Below are positions 14,016 through 27,570 of a stretch of 64,000 nt of DNA, piece after piece. The stretch's first letter is position 1; every line of letters begins with the position of its first letter. The stretch is from Octopus sinensis. Taxonomy: Eukaryota. The notes beneath the pieces are model-generated. The model was not told the DNA's origin, did not search any database, and saw only the letters and a program-made list of their open reading frames with translations. Location: positions 64,554,464 through 64,618,463 of the forward strand of contig NC_043011.1 of the NCBI RefSeq assembly GCF_006345805.1. Reading direction: 5' to 3'. Position numbers and translations under genes: made by a program.

Positions 14016-14081
<66 letters not shown>

Positions 14082-14103
14082 CATATATATACATATATAA
14101 ATT

Positions 14104-14164
<61 letters not shown>

Positions 14165-14229
14165 AACCAATACATGTGGAAAACTCTCATATTAAGTCAG
14201 AAAATGAAAGCACAAATATAAAAACATAA

Positions 14230-14850
14230 TTATTCCCTCGTCTCCAACAAACCTATTAATGACAAGCTCCAAACTCGTTGTTAAAACCTTGCCCAAAATC
14301 TTATATAATCTGCATTTAGCTGAGTTATAGGGCAAACATTTTCAGTTTTGTACCCCTTGTAAGGGTTTTTCCGTAGCAAAACCACCACAAAACGGCTCAC
14401 AGCACTGTGAATTCCCCCCTTGGCTGACAGTTTTAGTAGACATCGGCCAACAGAATGCTCCGTACCATTCAACTAATTGCCACTGTAATTCCGCACAATT
14501 CTACTTGGTCCTCGTTATTATGAGCTCGTGACAGCTTTTCAAATCCTGACCTGATATTTTGTTTCCACCTATAACCTCTACTATCAAGCGGCATTTGGTC
14601 CATCCCGTTTAAGCATGCGCGCACTAGCTTTGACACAGTAACCTTTGTGATAGTTATTGAAGAATAGGTCAAGGACCAATCTGACCGTTAGTATGTTAAA
14701 CGGTATGCCTTTCCTAAGGGCCACTTCTGGAATCCTAACTAGGTCTACCTCTATCCTACATTTCTCTAATTCTATTTCCTTACTAATACCTACTGCCTTT
14801 ACTGTAATAGACTTCCTCGTGGCTATCTACCAACGAGAGAACCCGTAGAC
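14230..14850 (-). mobile_element. Decayed L1/Tx1-like LINE fragment
   Basis: VVVLLRKNPYKG..ENVCPITQLNADY(K)ILGKVLTTSLELVINRFVGDE resembles the Tx1-type RT segment LL.K....I.N.RPITLLNAD.KIL.KVL..RL. The upstream part is more weakly ORF1-like. Confidence 0.65.
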
Positions 14851-16362
14851 TCACGATGGAATGCTTTGCTAATAGGGTCTCTGAAAACTTGGTACACCGG
14901 AAGAGAAGCATTCAGCTTCCTGTATCCAGAAGCATGTCTATTTATCCAAATATATATAACGATCGTATATTTAAAACAATTTCGAACCTTGTAGACGATG
15001 ATTTTGAAAATGGAACACTTAAACTACTTCTATTTATAGGCCAACAAAATAGTCTGTCTAGATAAGATCTGTATAATAAGATGCAGTTTATTCATGTCCA
15101 AATCGGCGCATTCAGGTAATCCAGTCGGTACCTGGAAGCGAACTGGAAGTGACCCAGCAAGATTGTGAGAAATTTATACCCACCTCTTCTACCGTATTTA
15201 CAGTGAACCTCAATAAAAGGAAATTGCAAGTGACATAGATTATTTAGTAGGGGAAATGAAACACTCACACGTAATTTTAGCAAGCGAAGTACATTATTTG
15301 ACTGAATTCTCTCAGTGATTAACTAGCTCAGAAATGTCGCTGGCACTTCAAAAGTTTTACTTAAAAATTACCAGCAGGTTTCGGAATTTAATCTTGTTCC
15401 AAACATATACTTCAGTCGCCTCATGTAGATTTTAGACGGAATAAAAATATAAGAGAAGTATTAACCTCTATTTCTGACTACGCGAAAACTAACATTGGAG
15501 TGTCTGTATGCTGTACACTAAAAAATTGACACAAGAGAAGACAGCCCTGCTCATTGTGGAGCAATATGTGATTAGTCGATTCCGTCAGGAAACATAGCAG
15601 AAATGTTACGATTTGAATGGTGCGTGGTACCTGTAAAATATCACATTTGGAGTACTCAGAAGAATGCATAATACAAAACTTGAGTCCTATTGTTTAAGCA
15701 ATAGAACAATTAAACTAAACATTTAATTGGAAACATATGAGAGGCCAAAAACAATAACAGTAGTACAATATTTTGGATCAAACGGGGGTAATTTTGAAGG
15801 AGAATTGTAAGTGCATATTCTCAGAAAATATTCTTAATCTGTTATACATTCAGTCCTCAAAATGCAGGAAGAGAAATATATTTGTGAGATATTAACACGA
15901 CGCCCTGGAGACATGAATAAAATGACAGTAGAATTTCCTCATATTTAAAAAACAAAACAAATTATTTGTTTGCGTAATCTTTCTCTTCGTGTTGTTAATT
16001 CTTTTCGTGTTTGTCTCTTTCGGTGTTTTTATTTTTGCTTTTTTAAAACTTTAAACTTTGAAGACTGATTATTTCATTGTATCAACGTGGAAACGCTGGT
16101 TGCTTCGTTCAAATTTTGGTTACGAATTCCTATAATTTTGAATTTCTATTTGTCACTTTTCATTTGGAACTCGACAAGGATTGTCTAATTGTCGAAGTAT
16201 TGTTCAACCAATAAAACCTCTGATACAGTCGCATCGTGACCATCGTATTGTCTACATACGTTTGTATGATTAGTTATGACAAATCTTTTAAAATATATTC
16301 ATGATATTGATGGCGATGGAAATAAAAATAATACTAATACTACTACTAATAATAATAATAAT

Positions 16363-17660
16363 AAGGCGGAGTACTCGCGCGGATTGAGTCTGATTCTTAA
16401 GTCGAAATAAAATGGACGGAATCAGATCGAAGCTATCGACACCAGAGCGGTTTTACTCCTAAGATATAGAGTAGAAGTAAACGCATGGACACAAGAGGAA
16501 CTAAACAGCCGAGAAAGGCTAGAAATTTTTAACCTGATATGAGAATCTCCACCCAAAATGTGATACACACAGGATTATTTACCAAGTAAAAGTGAGAAAG
16601 AGTACTTATTGGGAGCGAGTGCAGCATAAATCTCTCAAAGGATGAAAGGCAATGTCGAACCTTGCAGAATTTGAAGCTATGTAAAAACAATGCCACAGAG
16701 CAGCTATTATTAGAAGGAAGAAGATCAGGCTTGTACAGGATGAATGATTGCAAAGATAAAACATTCTACAAGAAATTGAAAACGAATGAAACTGAAAATA
16801 TTTCGGTGAGAAAAGAATGCATGAACAATTTCATAGAGATGTTGAAGATACGATAGACAGAGTAAAAAATGGCTTAGGATGAATAAATGTGATTTAAAAT
16901 CGCAAACGGTGGCTCTTATCTCTGATGTGTTCGCACTAATCTGCGCTGCCCAAGAGCAAGCACTAAGAACAAACTACATAAAATACAGAATGTACAATAC
17001 TGCAGAAAGATATAAGAGCAGAATCTGTAGACAAAACTGGTAAACCGTATGGCATATTACCAGCCAGTGTACGCCACTAGCCGAGAAGGAATATAAGAGA
17101 CGCCACGACAATGTAGCCAAGCCAGTCAATTTGACATTTTGAAACAAGTCTGGAGTTGACAAAGCAAAAGCTTGATACGACCACAAACCTAAAGGCAACG
17201 TCGAAAGTATAGATGCAAAAATCGTATGGGATTTCATGATTCAATGTGACCATGAGATACAGAATTTTAAGCCGGAAATAGTCTTAATTGAGAAAGGAAA
17301 CAATCTATGCTTATTAAAACATATAGCATGCCCAGCTGATACCGACGTATTCGATAAGTAAGACATAAAGGTCGAGAGATATGATAGGTTGGCTTGAGAA
17401 GTGAAGCAGTTCTGGTGGAGGTAGCAGTAGTATCAATAATTGTTGGTGCCCTAGGAAGAGTGAGCAAAAATCGCGAGAACTACGTGGAAGAAATGGGGGC
17501 TGCAATACGGGTGGAAACCGTGCAGAAAACAGCACTGCTTGCAAACGCTCGAATTCTCCGGAAGTTGCCCGAAAAATAAGGTGTTACATTAGTTCACTTG
17601 TAGCGAACAGCTAAGACTGTAAAACATTTCCAATGTTTGAAGTTATGCAAAGTCTTCTGG
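16363..17660 (+). mobile_element. R4/Dong-like REL LINE (family 5), 5'-truncated, followed by (TAC)n
   Basis: L(S)LILKSK.NGRNQIEAIDT, AAQEQALRTNYIKY, KPEIVLIEK..CLL, SIIVGALGRVSK. Starts directly after an (AAT)n run. Confidence 0.8.
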
Positions 17661-17664
17661 TACT

Positions 17665-17683
17665 AAAACTACTACAACTGCTG

Positions 17684-17764
<81 letters not shown>

Positions 17765-17895
17765 ATACTAATACTACCACTACTACAACTACTACTGCTA
17801 CTGCTGCTACTACTACTACTACTACTTCTAATATTACAATTAATACTACTACTATTAATACTAATACTACTATTACAACCATTACTACTACTAAC
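17665..17895. repeat. (TAC)n microsatellite
   Basis: Direct inspection. Confidence 0.95.
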
Positions 17896-18489
17896 AATAA
17901 ATTATGGATGACAGGATTGGCGGTGGAATAAGGATAAGTAAGACCAGGTTTTAGAAAAGATAAGGAACATAAGAGATGCTGTCCAAACAAAAGAATATCT
18001 TAAGTGAAAAGAAGAACAGCATTACCATTGAGGATGGAACAATTGTTATACTGACATTTTTATGTCAGAATAATACACGATATTTTATGAGGAACACTCA
18101 GTCATTTAAATATATGTTAGAAATTATGGAAATTACATATATTAGTTTACAACGTAGTAAAAAATTGCTCCTTTAATGAGTTACTGAACATCTGTTGTCT
18201 CGGGTTCTTATTTTCTTTTTGAAATATAAATGTTGCACTGATATATGATCATTAAACAAGTGCGTGGTGTTGAATGATTCCGTACAAAGTAAGTAGAAGT
18301 ATTTTCAAAACGTCTCGTTTTTCCATCTCTGATTTTACTTTTGATCTTGTATGTAAAATAAAGCATTTCCCACGTTCTTCGAAGTGTCCCACCAACGAGG
18401 GTATCGATGTTAGATGTGTCAAAACGAGTGTCGTGCATAATAATTCAAATTCCCGTATATTCCACATTCTGTATTACAGTGTATATATG

Positions 18490-18570
<81 letters not shown>

Positions 18571-18880
18571 TTATATATATGTTTGTGTGTGTGTGTGTTT
18601 TGTATTTATATGTGTGTGTGAGTGTGTATATACAAGATAGAGAGAGAATCTGTATCTCTAAGCTGATACCACATATTTTGTCCGTGGTCTTTTTCTAATG
18701 TATAAGGCTCCTCAGAGAGATGTACCACCTCATTGATAGGCATCATCATCAACATGTCTTTCCTTTGCTTGTTTAGACCATAATCATAGTGTGAACCATC
18801 TGGAATATTTCAATTACGTAGTTTTCATTACGTCATTAAAGTGAAATGTTACCAAAATAAATATGTTTGTATATATGTGA

Positions 18881-18921
<41 letters not shown>

Positions 18922-18951
18922 TTGAGTTGTGGGGTATCGCGCGAGTGGAAT

Positions 18952-20726
18952 TATATATGAAAGAATGTTTGAAAATGCAATTTAAAAGATGTTTATTTAC
19001 TTAACCGGTTACACTCTTTGGTAAAAGATTGTCAAAAGTAACATTGAATATTATGGGTTCAAAAACAGTTTTTTACATGATTGTCACATTGAATATTATG
19101 AATTCAAAAATGTTTTTTTATACATAAATGTCACATTACATGTATAAATATAGTGTTTGGTAACAGAGATATGTTAAGCGCATAAAAAAGTTCAATAGTA
19201 TGATGAGAATATTTGGAAAACTTGGCAGAAAAGAATAAAACAAATATATTATTGGAAATTTGGTTGCGTTAATTATTGGTTGTCGCAAATTGTCACATAA
19301 CATGTATATATATACAGTCTTTGGTAGAAAGGACATGTTAAAGACATAAGGAAGTGTAATAGTTTGGTGAGAAAGCTTGTAATATTGACAGAGAAAATTA
19401 AAATGGATATGTTAGACATCTCAGAATATTTTGAAATGAAGGCGAGAATTTGTTTTTACTGACCTGTTTGTTTTAGGAGAAAAGTTGAATTGAGAGAAAA
19501 AAAGAGGTGTACCCAGTTTGGTTTATGGTTCCCCTTCAAGCATCAAAGATTTTGGGGTTATCGGGAGGTGAGTATGCGGGTGTGAATAGATGTGTCCGTG
19601 TGCCTGCTGGCCAGACGGCGTCTGTTTGTAACATACATATATACACACACACACAACACACACACACACACATAGTATACAAACACACACCACATTCACA
19701 CAACACACACACACAGAACACACACATACACAACGCATCCACATATATAATATACACACACAGCACACACATATAACATGTATTTATATATAATATACAC
19801 ACATATATAACACACATACACACACAACACACACACACACACAACACACGCACACATACATACATAATATAAATATCACACAAATACACCTAGCATATAT
19901 ATGCATACAATACACATACACAGCATGTATATAATACACATACACAATATATGCATGCAATATACATACTCAATACATACATATAATATATATATATATA
20001 GACAATGCATATACATATATACATATATACATATAAATAGTGTTTACATACATATACATAGATATACTACATATACACACAATATATCTATTCACACCCG
20101 CATACTCACCTCCCGATAACCCCAAAATCATTGATGCTTGAAGGGGAACCATAAACCAAACTGTGTACACATCTTTTTTTCTCTCAATTCAACTTTTCTC
20201 CTAAAACAAACAGGTCAGTAAAAACAAATTCTCGCCTTCATTTCAAAATATTCTGAGATGTCTAAAATATCCATTTTAATTTTCTCTGTCAATATTACAA
20301 GCTTTCTCACCAAACTATTACACTTCCTTATGTCTTTAACATGTCCTTTCTACCAAAGACTGTATATATATACATGTAACGTGACAATTTGCGACAACCA
20401 ATAATTAACGCAACCAAATTTCCAATAATATATTTGTTTTATTCTTTTCTGCCAAGTTTTCCAAATATTCTCATCACGCTATTGAACTTTTTTATGCGCT
20501 TAACATATCTCTGTTACCAAACACTATATTTATACATGTAATGTGACATTTATGTATAAAAAAACATTTTTGAATTCATAATATTCAATGTGACAATTAT
20601 GTAAAATACTTTTTTTGAACCCATAATATTCAATGTTACTTTTGACAATCTTTTACCAAAGAGTGAAACCGGTTAAGTAAATAAACATCTTTTAAATTGC
20701 ATTTTCAGAACTTCTTTCATATATAT
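18952..20726. mobile_element. Foldback-like element with ~640-bp inverted arms around a CA/TA-rich spacer
   Basis: 18952-19591 is the reverse complement of 20086-20726 at high identity, with TA dinucleotide runs at both ends. No coding capacity seen. Confidence 0.8.
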
Positions 20727-21549
20727 ATATATGTATAGGTTTATTGATAGATATATAGATAGATTGATTGACATCTATATATGCTTATATATTAAGAAAT
20801 ATACATACATATATGTATGTTAATATATTTATTTACCAGTGTAAATATCTATCGGTCTATGTGCCTCTTTCTCACACTCTCAATACATATATAAATATAT
20901 ATATACACACATACATAAGTATGTAGATATGTGTACACACAAATATATATACAATATAAGTATTCATGTACGTGTATACATATTTACTTATTTATGAACG
21001 TTTTTCCTATATATACACATACACACACAATCACAGACACAAACACACAATTTTATATAAGTATATATATATTTATACACACATATATAAACAATTATAT
21101 ATAAATGTATATATACAAAGCCTTCGACATAGTAACAGTTATGTATACATTTTCAACAGACACTACTCTCATTCCATAAACATACGTTTACATGTACATA
21201 CACATGTACACACGCGCAGACACGTCTACATACATTGAATAAATGCATACATGCATGCATACATATATACATGCATACATTCATACATATATATACACAT
21301 ACGTACATACATGCATACATTGATACTTACATACATATATATATACATGCATACATACATATGTGTATACATACCTACATAAATGATGGCTGCCCCTCCT
21401 TCGAGTATGGCTATTGCACGAAGCTTAACTTTTATTGGTACAGTGATTGAATGTGACTTTTTTCCCAGCTTAAATATATATAATGCCTTGTACAGAATTG
21501 GCAACTAAAACCTTTACCGGTAATAGCCGTCTGTAGTTGTAGCTGGTCT

Positions 21550-21865
21550 TCATGTACCTTTGCGTTTCGTTTAAGTCCTCCTGCCGAATTACACTCTCTT
21601 CAGCATGCCCGACAGATATGATTCATATAGTGTGTAACACAACCACCAGTGGCCTTGTTGTTAATCACATGTCTCGCTTTATGACTACGAAGATGACTCT
21701 TGCGTCCAGCTTTACTGAGGCAGGGTCTTCCTCAAACACTGCATGTCAGCATCATAAGAAAAACCCTTCCCATCTGGAATTGTAACAGCGATGCCCTTCC
21801 TTACTTTCTCATGTGCAACTCGAGATTTCTCAAAAGTGGCTGTCCCCTCGTGCACAATCCTTTTC
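21550..21865 (-). mobile_element. RTE/BovB-like LINE 3' coding fragment
   Basis: SRWKRIVHEGTATFEKSRVAHEKVRKG...MQCLRK resembles the RTE C-terminus with a degraded zinc finger. Confidence 0.6.
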
Positions 21866-22244
21866 CACCTGCTATACATGCATACATACATACGAGTAAA
21901 AACATGTATACACACGTACAAAAGTTCTCACGTGCATCATAAAATGCACACATACATGATTAGCTGCATGCATTCATATATACGTACGTATGTAAGTACC
22001 TATATAAGCACATATATATCATGAAATAACTATTATTTTCTCAGATGCAGTACGAAGATTTTTCAGTGTAAATGATGTGCATTAAAAAGGTTTTGACACA
22101 AAATTTCAGCTTTGAAGTGAAACTAACGATTTTTGTGAGTTCTTAAATGTCTTACAACCATCTTCCATGTTGCAGCAGTTTTTGCTTCGGCATACGATTT
22201 TAGATCAAGTCACTTCCTATGCAAATACATCTCTCCATATTTAT

Positions 22245-23270
22245 ATATCACCTTGATCACTTTTACCGACCAATCCGTCAGGCGTCCATTTGACACCGCT
22301 GGTCGCAGCACGCTGTCCACTCCTCTCTAGATCACGCCTTTCTCATTAACGTGATCCAAATCGTCCTCCTTAAATCGCAACTCCACCGCCGTGGACGTCT
22401 TCCGCGTGGTTTTTACCGCTCGCGCGGGTACCACTCGTAAACTGCGTGGTCCCACCGATTATCGGTGAGCCGGGTGACGTGTCCAGCAAATCTATATTTG
22501 CTGCGTGTATATTCTGCGATGCCATTTCTCACGGCGGACGTCTTTCTGATGATCTCGCTACTGATGTGCTCTCTCAACGAGATACAAAGAATTGAGCTTT
22601 CCATGGCTCTTTGAGCGGTTACCAGTCACTGCTCTTTTCTCTTTGTTGTATCCCATCCTTCACAGCCATATAACATTGCAGGTATAACTGTACTGTTGAT
22701 GAGGTTGGTGCCGGCAGTCCTGTCCATCCTTCCCTTGAACACATCCCTTATACCATTGAACGCCATCCTTCCGGCCCTTACTCTCCGTGAGATCTTCTTT
22801 TCGATATCTCGGCACATATTCACTTCTTGTCCCAGGTAGACATATACTTTTGCATCCTCTATTTCATCACTGCCGATCACCATTCGCCCTGTTGGTACGT
22901 TGTCTGACCGCATGAACTTTGCTTGCATGCGGTTCATCTTGAGACCTACTGCAGAACTTTTGATGTCGAGCTCCGTCAGCATGGTCTGAATCTGATCCGT
23001 ATTTTCAGCGATGAGTACGATGTCGTCAGCGGAAGCAAAGTGGATGAGGAGCTCTCCATTGATGTTGACACCTCCCTGCCAGTCGATGCTTCTGATGATC
23101 TGTTCGAGACGTGCGGTGAAAAGTTTTTAGGAGATTGTATCTCCTTGCTTCACTCCTTTCTCCACCGGCAATCGTACGGTTGAAGACAGTAGAGCTATGC
23201 CGGTGGTGCATCCAGGATTCGCTTTCCTGAGCAGCTGCGCATATTGCTCTTCGAGTCCTTGCCTCCGCAA
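22245..23270 (-). mobile_element. RTE-1-like LINE, RT to 3' end
   Basis: GVKQGDTISxK, FA(S)ADDIVLIAE, YVYLGQ, PAMLYGCEGW, KYRFAGHVTRLTDNRW..VYEWYPR, short aagtgatcaag tail. Confidence 0.88.
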
Positions 23271-23624
23271 TGCAGAGGCAAATATATAGGGAGAGTTTAC
23301 GAAAAAAAACCAAAATACGAAGACAGGTGGTGTACAAAAAAAATCATATATATTAGTATAACGCTCAGGAATAGAAAAAAGTATTTAACGTTTCGAGCCT
23401 ACGCTCTTCTACAGAAAGGGACACAGAAAAAAACAAGGAGAGAAAATATTGTGAGTTGTGGCTAACAATCAATCATATATATTGTCGTCGACATGGTGAA
23501 GCATTATGAGCGTTGCCTTTCTACGATCTGCACCATACACTAGCTGAAACAATCAATAAATTCTATAACGCCAGCCAAAGTCGTTAAAACATTTTATATA
23601 CAGAGGACATCAATTCATGTAAAT

Positions 23625-24190
23625 ATGCAACAGCTATTTATGGTGCGGTTGACGGAGAAGAAGCTCTTAGGAGATACCCTGAAAGAGGCTCTAATCTGCG
23701 AGAATACACGAGCAGCATAGGCTAATTTGCTGCAGCAGAATCCAGGCATTTGTACGGACGCGACGTCAGGCGAGTCGTTTAAAGCTAGTCGGGGATGGTT
23801 TTAGAATATTAAAAAGCCAACCGTCATTCACATCCTGGTCATGCATGGTGAGGTAGCGAGAGTGGATATGAAGGTAGCTGAGTGTTACCTGAAGACGTCT
23901 GCCGGAATTAATACAGCCGACTGATACATCCGCCAGCAAGGCTTTAACTGTGACGAGACAGGAAATATTGTAAGAAGATACGCAGGACTTGTTTAGGAGC
24001 AAAGGAGAGGAGGGTGCCAGTGCACAAACCCATGAGGCGTAAGCTAACCCATGCAGTATGCACCAATATGGACGGTGGTGACAAGATTAAACCGCAGCTC
24101 GTTTATCGTAGAGAATAAAACCAAAGCGCCTTTAAATCCCATCAGATTCTGAGTCATGTGAAGGGAAATCCCAAGGGGGTGGGGAGTCAT
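23625..24190 (+). pseudogene. Tigger/pogo (TIGD1-like) transposase relic
   Basis: MQQLFMVRLTEKKLLGD...SFKASRGWF*NIKK...MHGEVA...QQGFNCDETG...HKPMRRKLT..CTN...KIKPQLVY: CENP-B HTH and the start of the DDE domain, with stops. Confidence 0.9.
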
Positions 24191-25169
24191 CAGGCTGTTC
24201 TTTGTGGAATGAGTGAATTTGGTTTTTCTTTATGTCTATCACTCTAAACTCCTGTATATTTTCTATTCTTCCACTTCATTCTTTGCTCTCATCTGTTTAT
24301 TTTTCTCCAACACCCTTCTATAATTTGTTCATTCTCCCTTCTCTGCACATTTATTCTATTTTCTTTGGGAATTTCTCCCGGATGTCACCCATTACTATTC
24401 TTCTTGGCCTAACGTCAGTTAATGATTGCATTCATAATTATTGATAATATGTGTGTTTACTACGCTATATTACCATGTAACGAAAGAAATATATACGTAA
24501 CTAAAGTGACGAATGTGTAATGCTAGAAATAGGAATCAAAACAAGTAAATAGCTTCAGGGCAGAATCTTAACAAACTTACAAGTGAGTGATGTTCTCGCC
24601 ACCTTTGTCGTTATACCCAAAATATCGACAGTTTCCCATTTTTATTCTCAATGCAAATTAACGCGAATCGGTGGCTCACATCGCACCAAGGTTTAAAACC
24701 ATCTCAACTTGTCAATTCCTAAGATTTTCGCTGAAACAATACGATGATCCCATACACGGTAAATTTGAAAATTTTAAAGAACATTAGGGGCTAATAAATA
24801 ATTTTCAACATAATATCAGAAATATATACATGATTTAACTTGAAAATATACGTGGATTTTTTATAGGATAAAAATCAAAATTATAGATAATATAGGTGGT
24901 TACTTAGTTGTTTCCTAGGTGAAGAAAGAAATAAGTACGTATCCAAACATACCTTACGCTATCATATATACATAGAGTCATCCGTGCATTTAAATATTTT
25001 CGAAAGTTGAACTTTATACGTCTTGTACTTGAACTAATTTTAATGGATACTTACTTTTAATATTTTTACTTTTGGAATTTAAAGTACGTTGCATATATTA
25101 CAATATATTAAAAGTTATATAGAATAGTTAGTGTACTAAACAATGTATGTATACTATCCATATAATATA

Positions 25170-25590
25170 GGCGCATGAGTGGCTGTGTATTAAGTAGCTT
25201 GCTTACCAACCACATGGTTGCGGGTTCAATCCCACAGCTTGGCACCTTGGGCAAGTGGCTTCTACTATAGCCTCGGGCCGACCAAAGCCTTGTGAGTGGA
25301 TTTGGTAGAGGGAACCTGAAAGGAACTCGTCGTATTTATGTGGATATAAATATATATAAATGTGCGTATGTGTGTGTATGTTTGTGTGTCTGTGTTTCTC
25401 CCACTAGCATTGCTTGACAACCGATGCTGGTGTGTTTATGTCCCCGTTACCTAGCGGTTCGGCAAAATAAACTGATAGAATCAGTACTGGGCTTACAAAG
25501 AATAAGTCCCGGGGTCGAGTTGCTCGACTTAAGACGGTGCTCCAGCATGGCCACAGTCAACTGACTGAAACAAGTAAAAGAGTATAAGAG
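25170..25590 (+). mobile_element. tRNA-derived SINE, full length, with a CR1-type 3' tail
   Basis: A-box tggctgtgtatt, B-box gggttcaatccc, CORE-like ggcaccttgggcaagt, internal (TG)n, and tail cggtgctccagcatggccacagtc..tgactgaaac. Confidence 0.9.
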
Positions 25591-27527
25591 AGAGCGATAT
25601 GAATTTTCCTGTCTAGTTATTCAGATTTCCATATGGTTTTGGGAATTATTTTACTAATCCATTTCCAAACCTGTTCCACACGCCTGATCTTAGTATTTAT
25701 AAAGGCCTTTATGTAAGTAGCCCTTCTAATTAAGTGCAACTAAGAAACAATAATATCATGTTTGGATTAACCCTAAAAACAATTAAAAGTAATATTATAC
25801 CTCTTCGTTTATAATTAATAAATAGTTATCATGTCCAAAAAAATCAATAATGCTTTAGAGAACGTCATGTAAAAATCTTTAGACATGCTAACTTAGGAAA
25901 TAAACCATTTTATAGTTTAAATAATTGAATTATTATACATTTTCTATAAATCTTCTCTTTTGATATTTAATAGGTATATATATATTTCATCATGATTTTT
26001 GTGATTAAGCTTTTTTATTTCTTTTCAATTGCGTTTTACCCTACCTGAACGTTCTATTATTTTATAAATAATACATTTTATGAAATAAATCTAATATTTG
26101 TACACCTAGAAAATCTTACTTAGCCTACATATAACAGTACGGCTATCATCTCAGCTCATAATAAACTGCTTAGGTTATACTTTAATTAATATATAGTTAG
26201 CATGTTCTTTAGACTTAGTATACCTTTATTAAATACCAGTAATTGCCAATGATCAATCTTCAGAGACCATCTTATGAGTTAAGATTTAAGTATATAAAAG
26301 AAATAAATATTAAATTATTTCTATGTAATTGTTTTCCTCATTCTATTGTGGTAAATTTTGGTATATACTAAAAAGTCTTCAAACATTTTATCCTTTTGGT
26401 TATAATATTCTTCTTAATAATCTTGATAAGCCTCAATTTTAAATTTACACAATATAGCAATATAGTTTTAAAGTATTCAACTTTAGTTCCCCATGATAAT
26501 ATTTCCCCTGGTTTTACTAAAGTCTCGCTCATTTAATTGATAACGAAATATTTTCCTTTATCAAATCTCATTATGTTTCTTCAAAGTAATCTTGACAATT
26601 ATATGACTATACCCACTATGATTTCTGTCAACTCCCTCAACCCCTTTCCTAACAGAAACTGCTTCGTTTTCCTTTGCTTTAGATTTCGTTATACAAAGAT
26701 TTGATATACAAAACTATAAATTAAAACTGACTACAAAAAACAGTGACAAGATAGATCTCTAACAAGATTTTTTTCCTGATAACTTGATAGCTTTAAAGCC
26801 GAAGTGAAGACAGAATGATCGTCGTCGCTCTCCTTTCCATCTTGGAGGATTTTGTTAAAATTATCCTAATGTGTCCTTCTGTTTTAATTTAATTAAATTC
26901 TATGTAATTTTGCAGCAGAGGATTGCTCTGCATTTAAATGGATGTTATGGTTGAGTTGTTCAATTAAATGGAGTGGCTTCAATCGATTGTACTGCATTAT
27001 CGCAGGATATCCTGTTGCTAAATTTTGATTTCAATGACCTTATTTGGAAATGTAAGGATAATACCGTACTAAACTGTAGAGATGCGACGCGCGTTACTCC
27101 CCAACATCCGAAACTCAGAGTTTTATAATTGCTACCGCATAAGTGTCACATTTTACAAACACATATATATAGTGTGTGTATTGGTATATGTGTGCCGCGA
27201 AAGAAAGGCGTTTCAGGTAGATTGTAATAGATGTATGAAGAGCATTCGATGTTATCCACTTCCAAAAAGTTTCAACGCCAGGGAATACGAAGGCAAAACT
27301 AGAATATGTGGATATTTCTATTCAAATATAATGCGCAAAAATTCCACTTACTAATATTTAATTACACATTATTTAAATAATTCTTTATTTGCCGATAACA
27401 TCTAAGAAAAATTGTTGCCTTTAATAGACGAGGGAAACATGACACATCAGGTGAGGTTGTATGTATCTAAAGTGCTTTAAAATTAAAATCTTAACAGTTG
27501 CCATTGTGTTTGACACGAATAACAACG

Positions 27528-27570
27528 ATGAAATATGTTCTACTACTTCTCCTTTTAATTCTCCTGCAAG
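27528..27570 (+). CDS. Copy B coding exon 1: signal peptide of a secreted 8-Cys protein (MKYVLLLLLLILLQ + G)
   Basis: ATG at 27528, basic n-region and Leu-rich h-region, then a canonical donor CAAG|GTAAGT at 27570/27571. The phase 1 end joins exon 33920 to give ...LLQ-G-YVAA. Confidence 0.85.

Noticed and set aside
15081-15135. IHVQIG..GNPVG resembling a tubulin N-terminus
   Set aside because: Needs a frameshift, and the downstream sequence is not tubulin-like.
15575-15615. 16-nt match to exon 2 (acatttctgctatgtt, HFCYV) on the minus strand
   Set aside because: Flanked by stops with no extended alignment or matching splice sites. Probably chance.
24585-24640. Minus-strand MGNCRYFGYNDKGGENITH followed by a gtaagt donor
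   Set aside because: No compatible downstream exon found and no paralog support.
25170-25245. tRNA gene
   Set aside because: A and B boxes are followed by a SINE body and tail with no acceptor stem, so it is a SINE head.
26915-27055. Acceptor-flanked segment with weak similarity to a hAT C-terminal domain
   Set aside because: Stops in all frames and similarity too weak to call.
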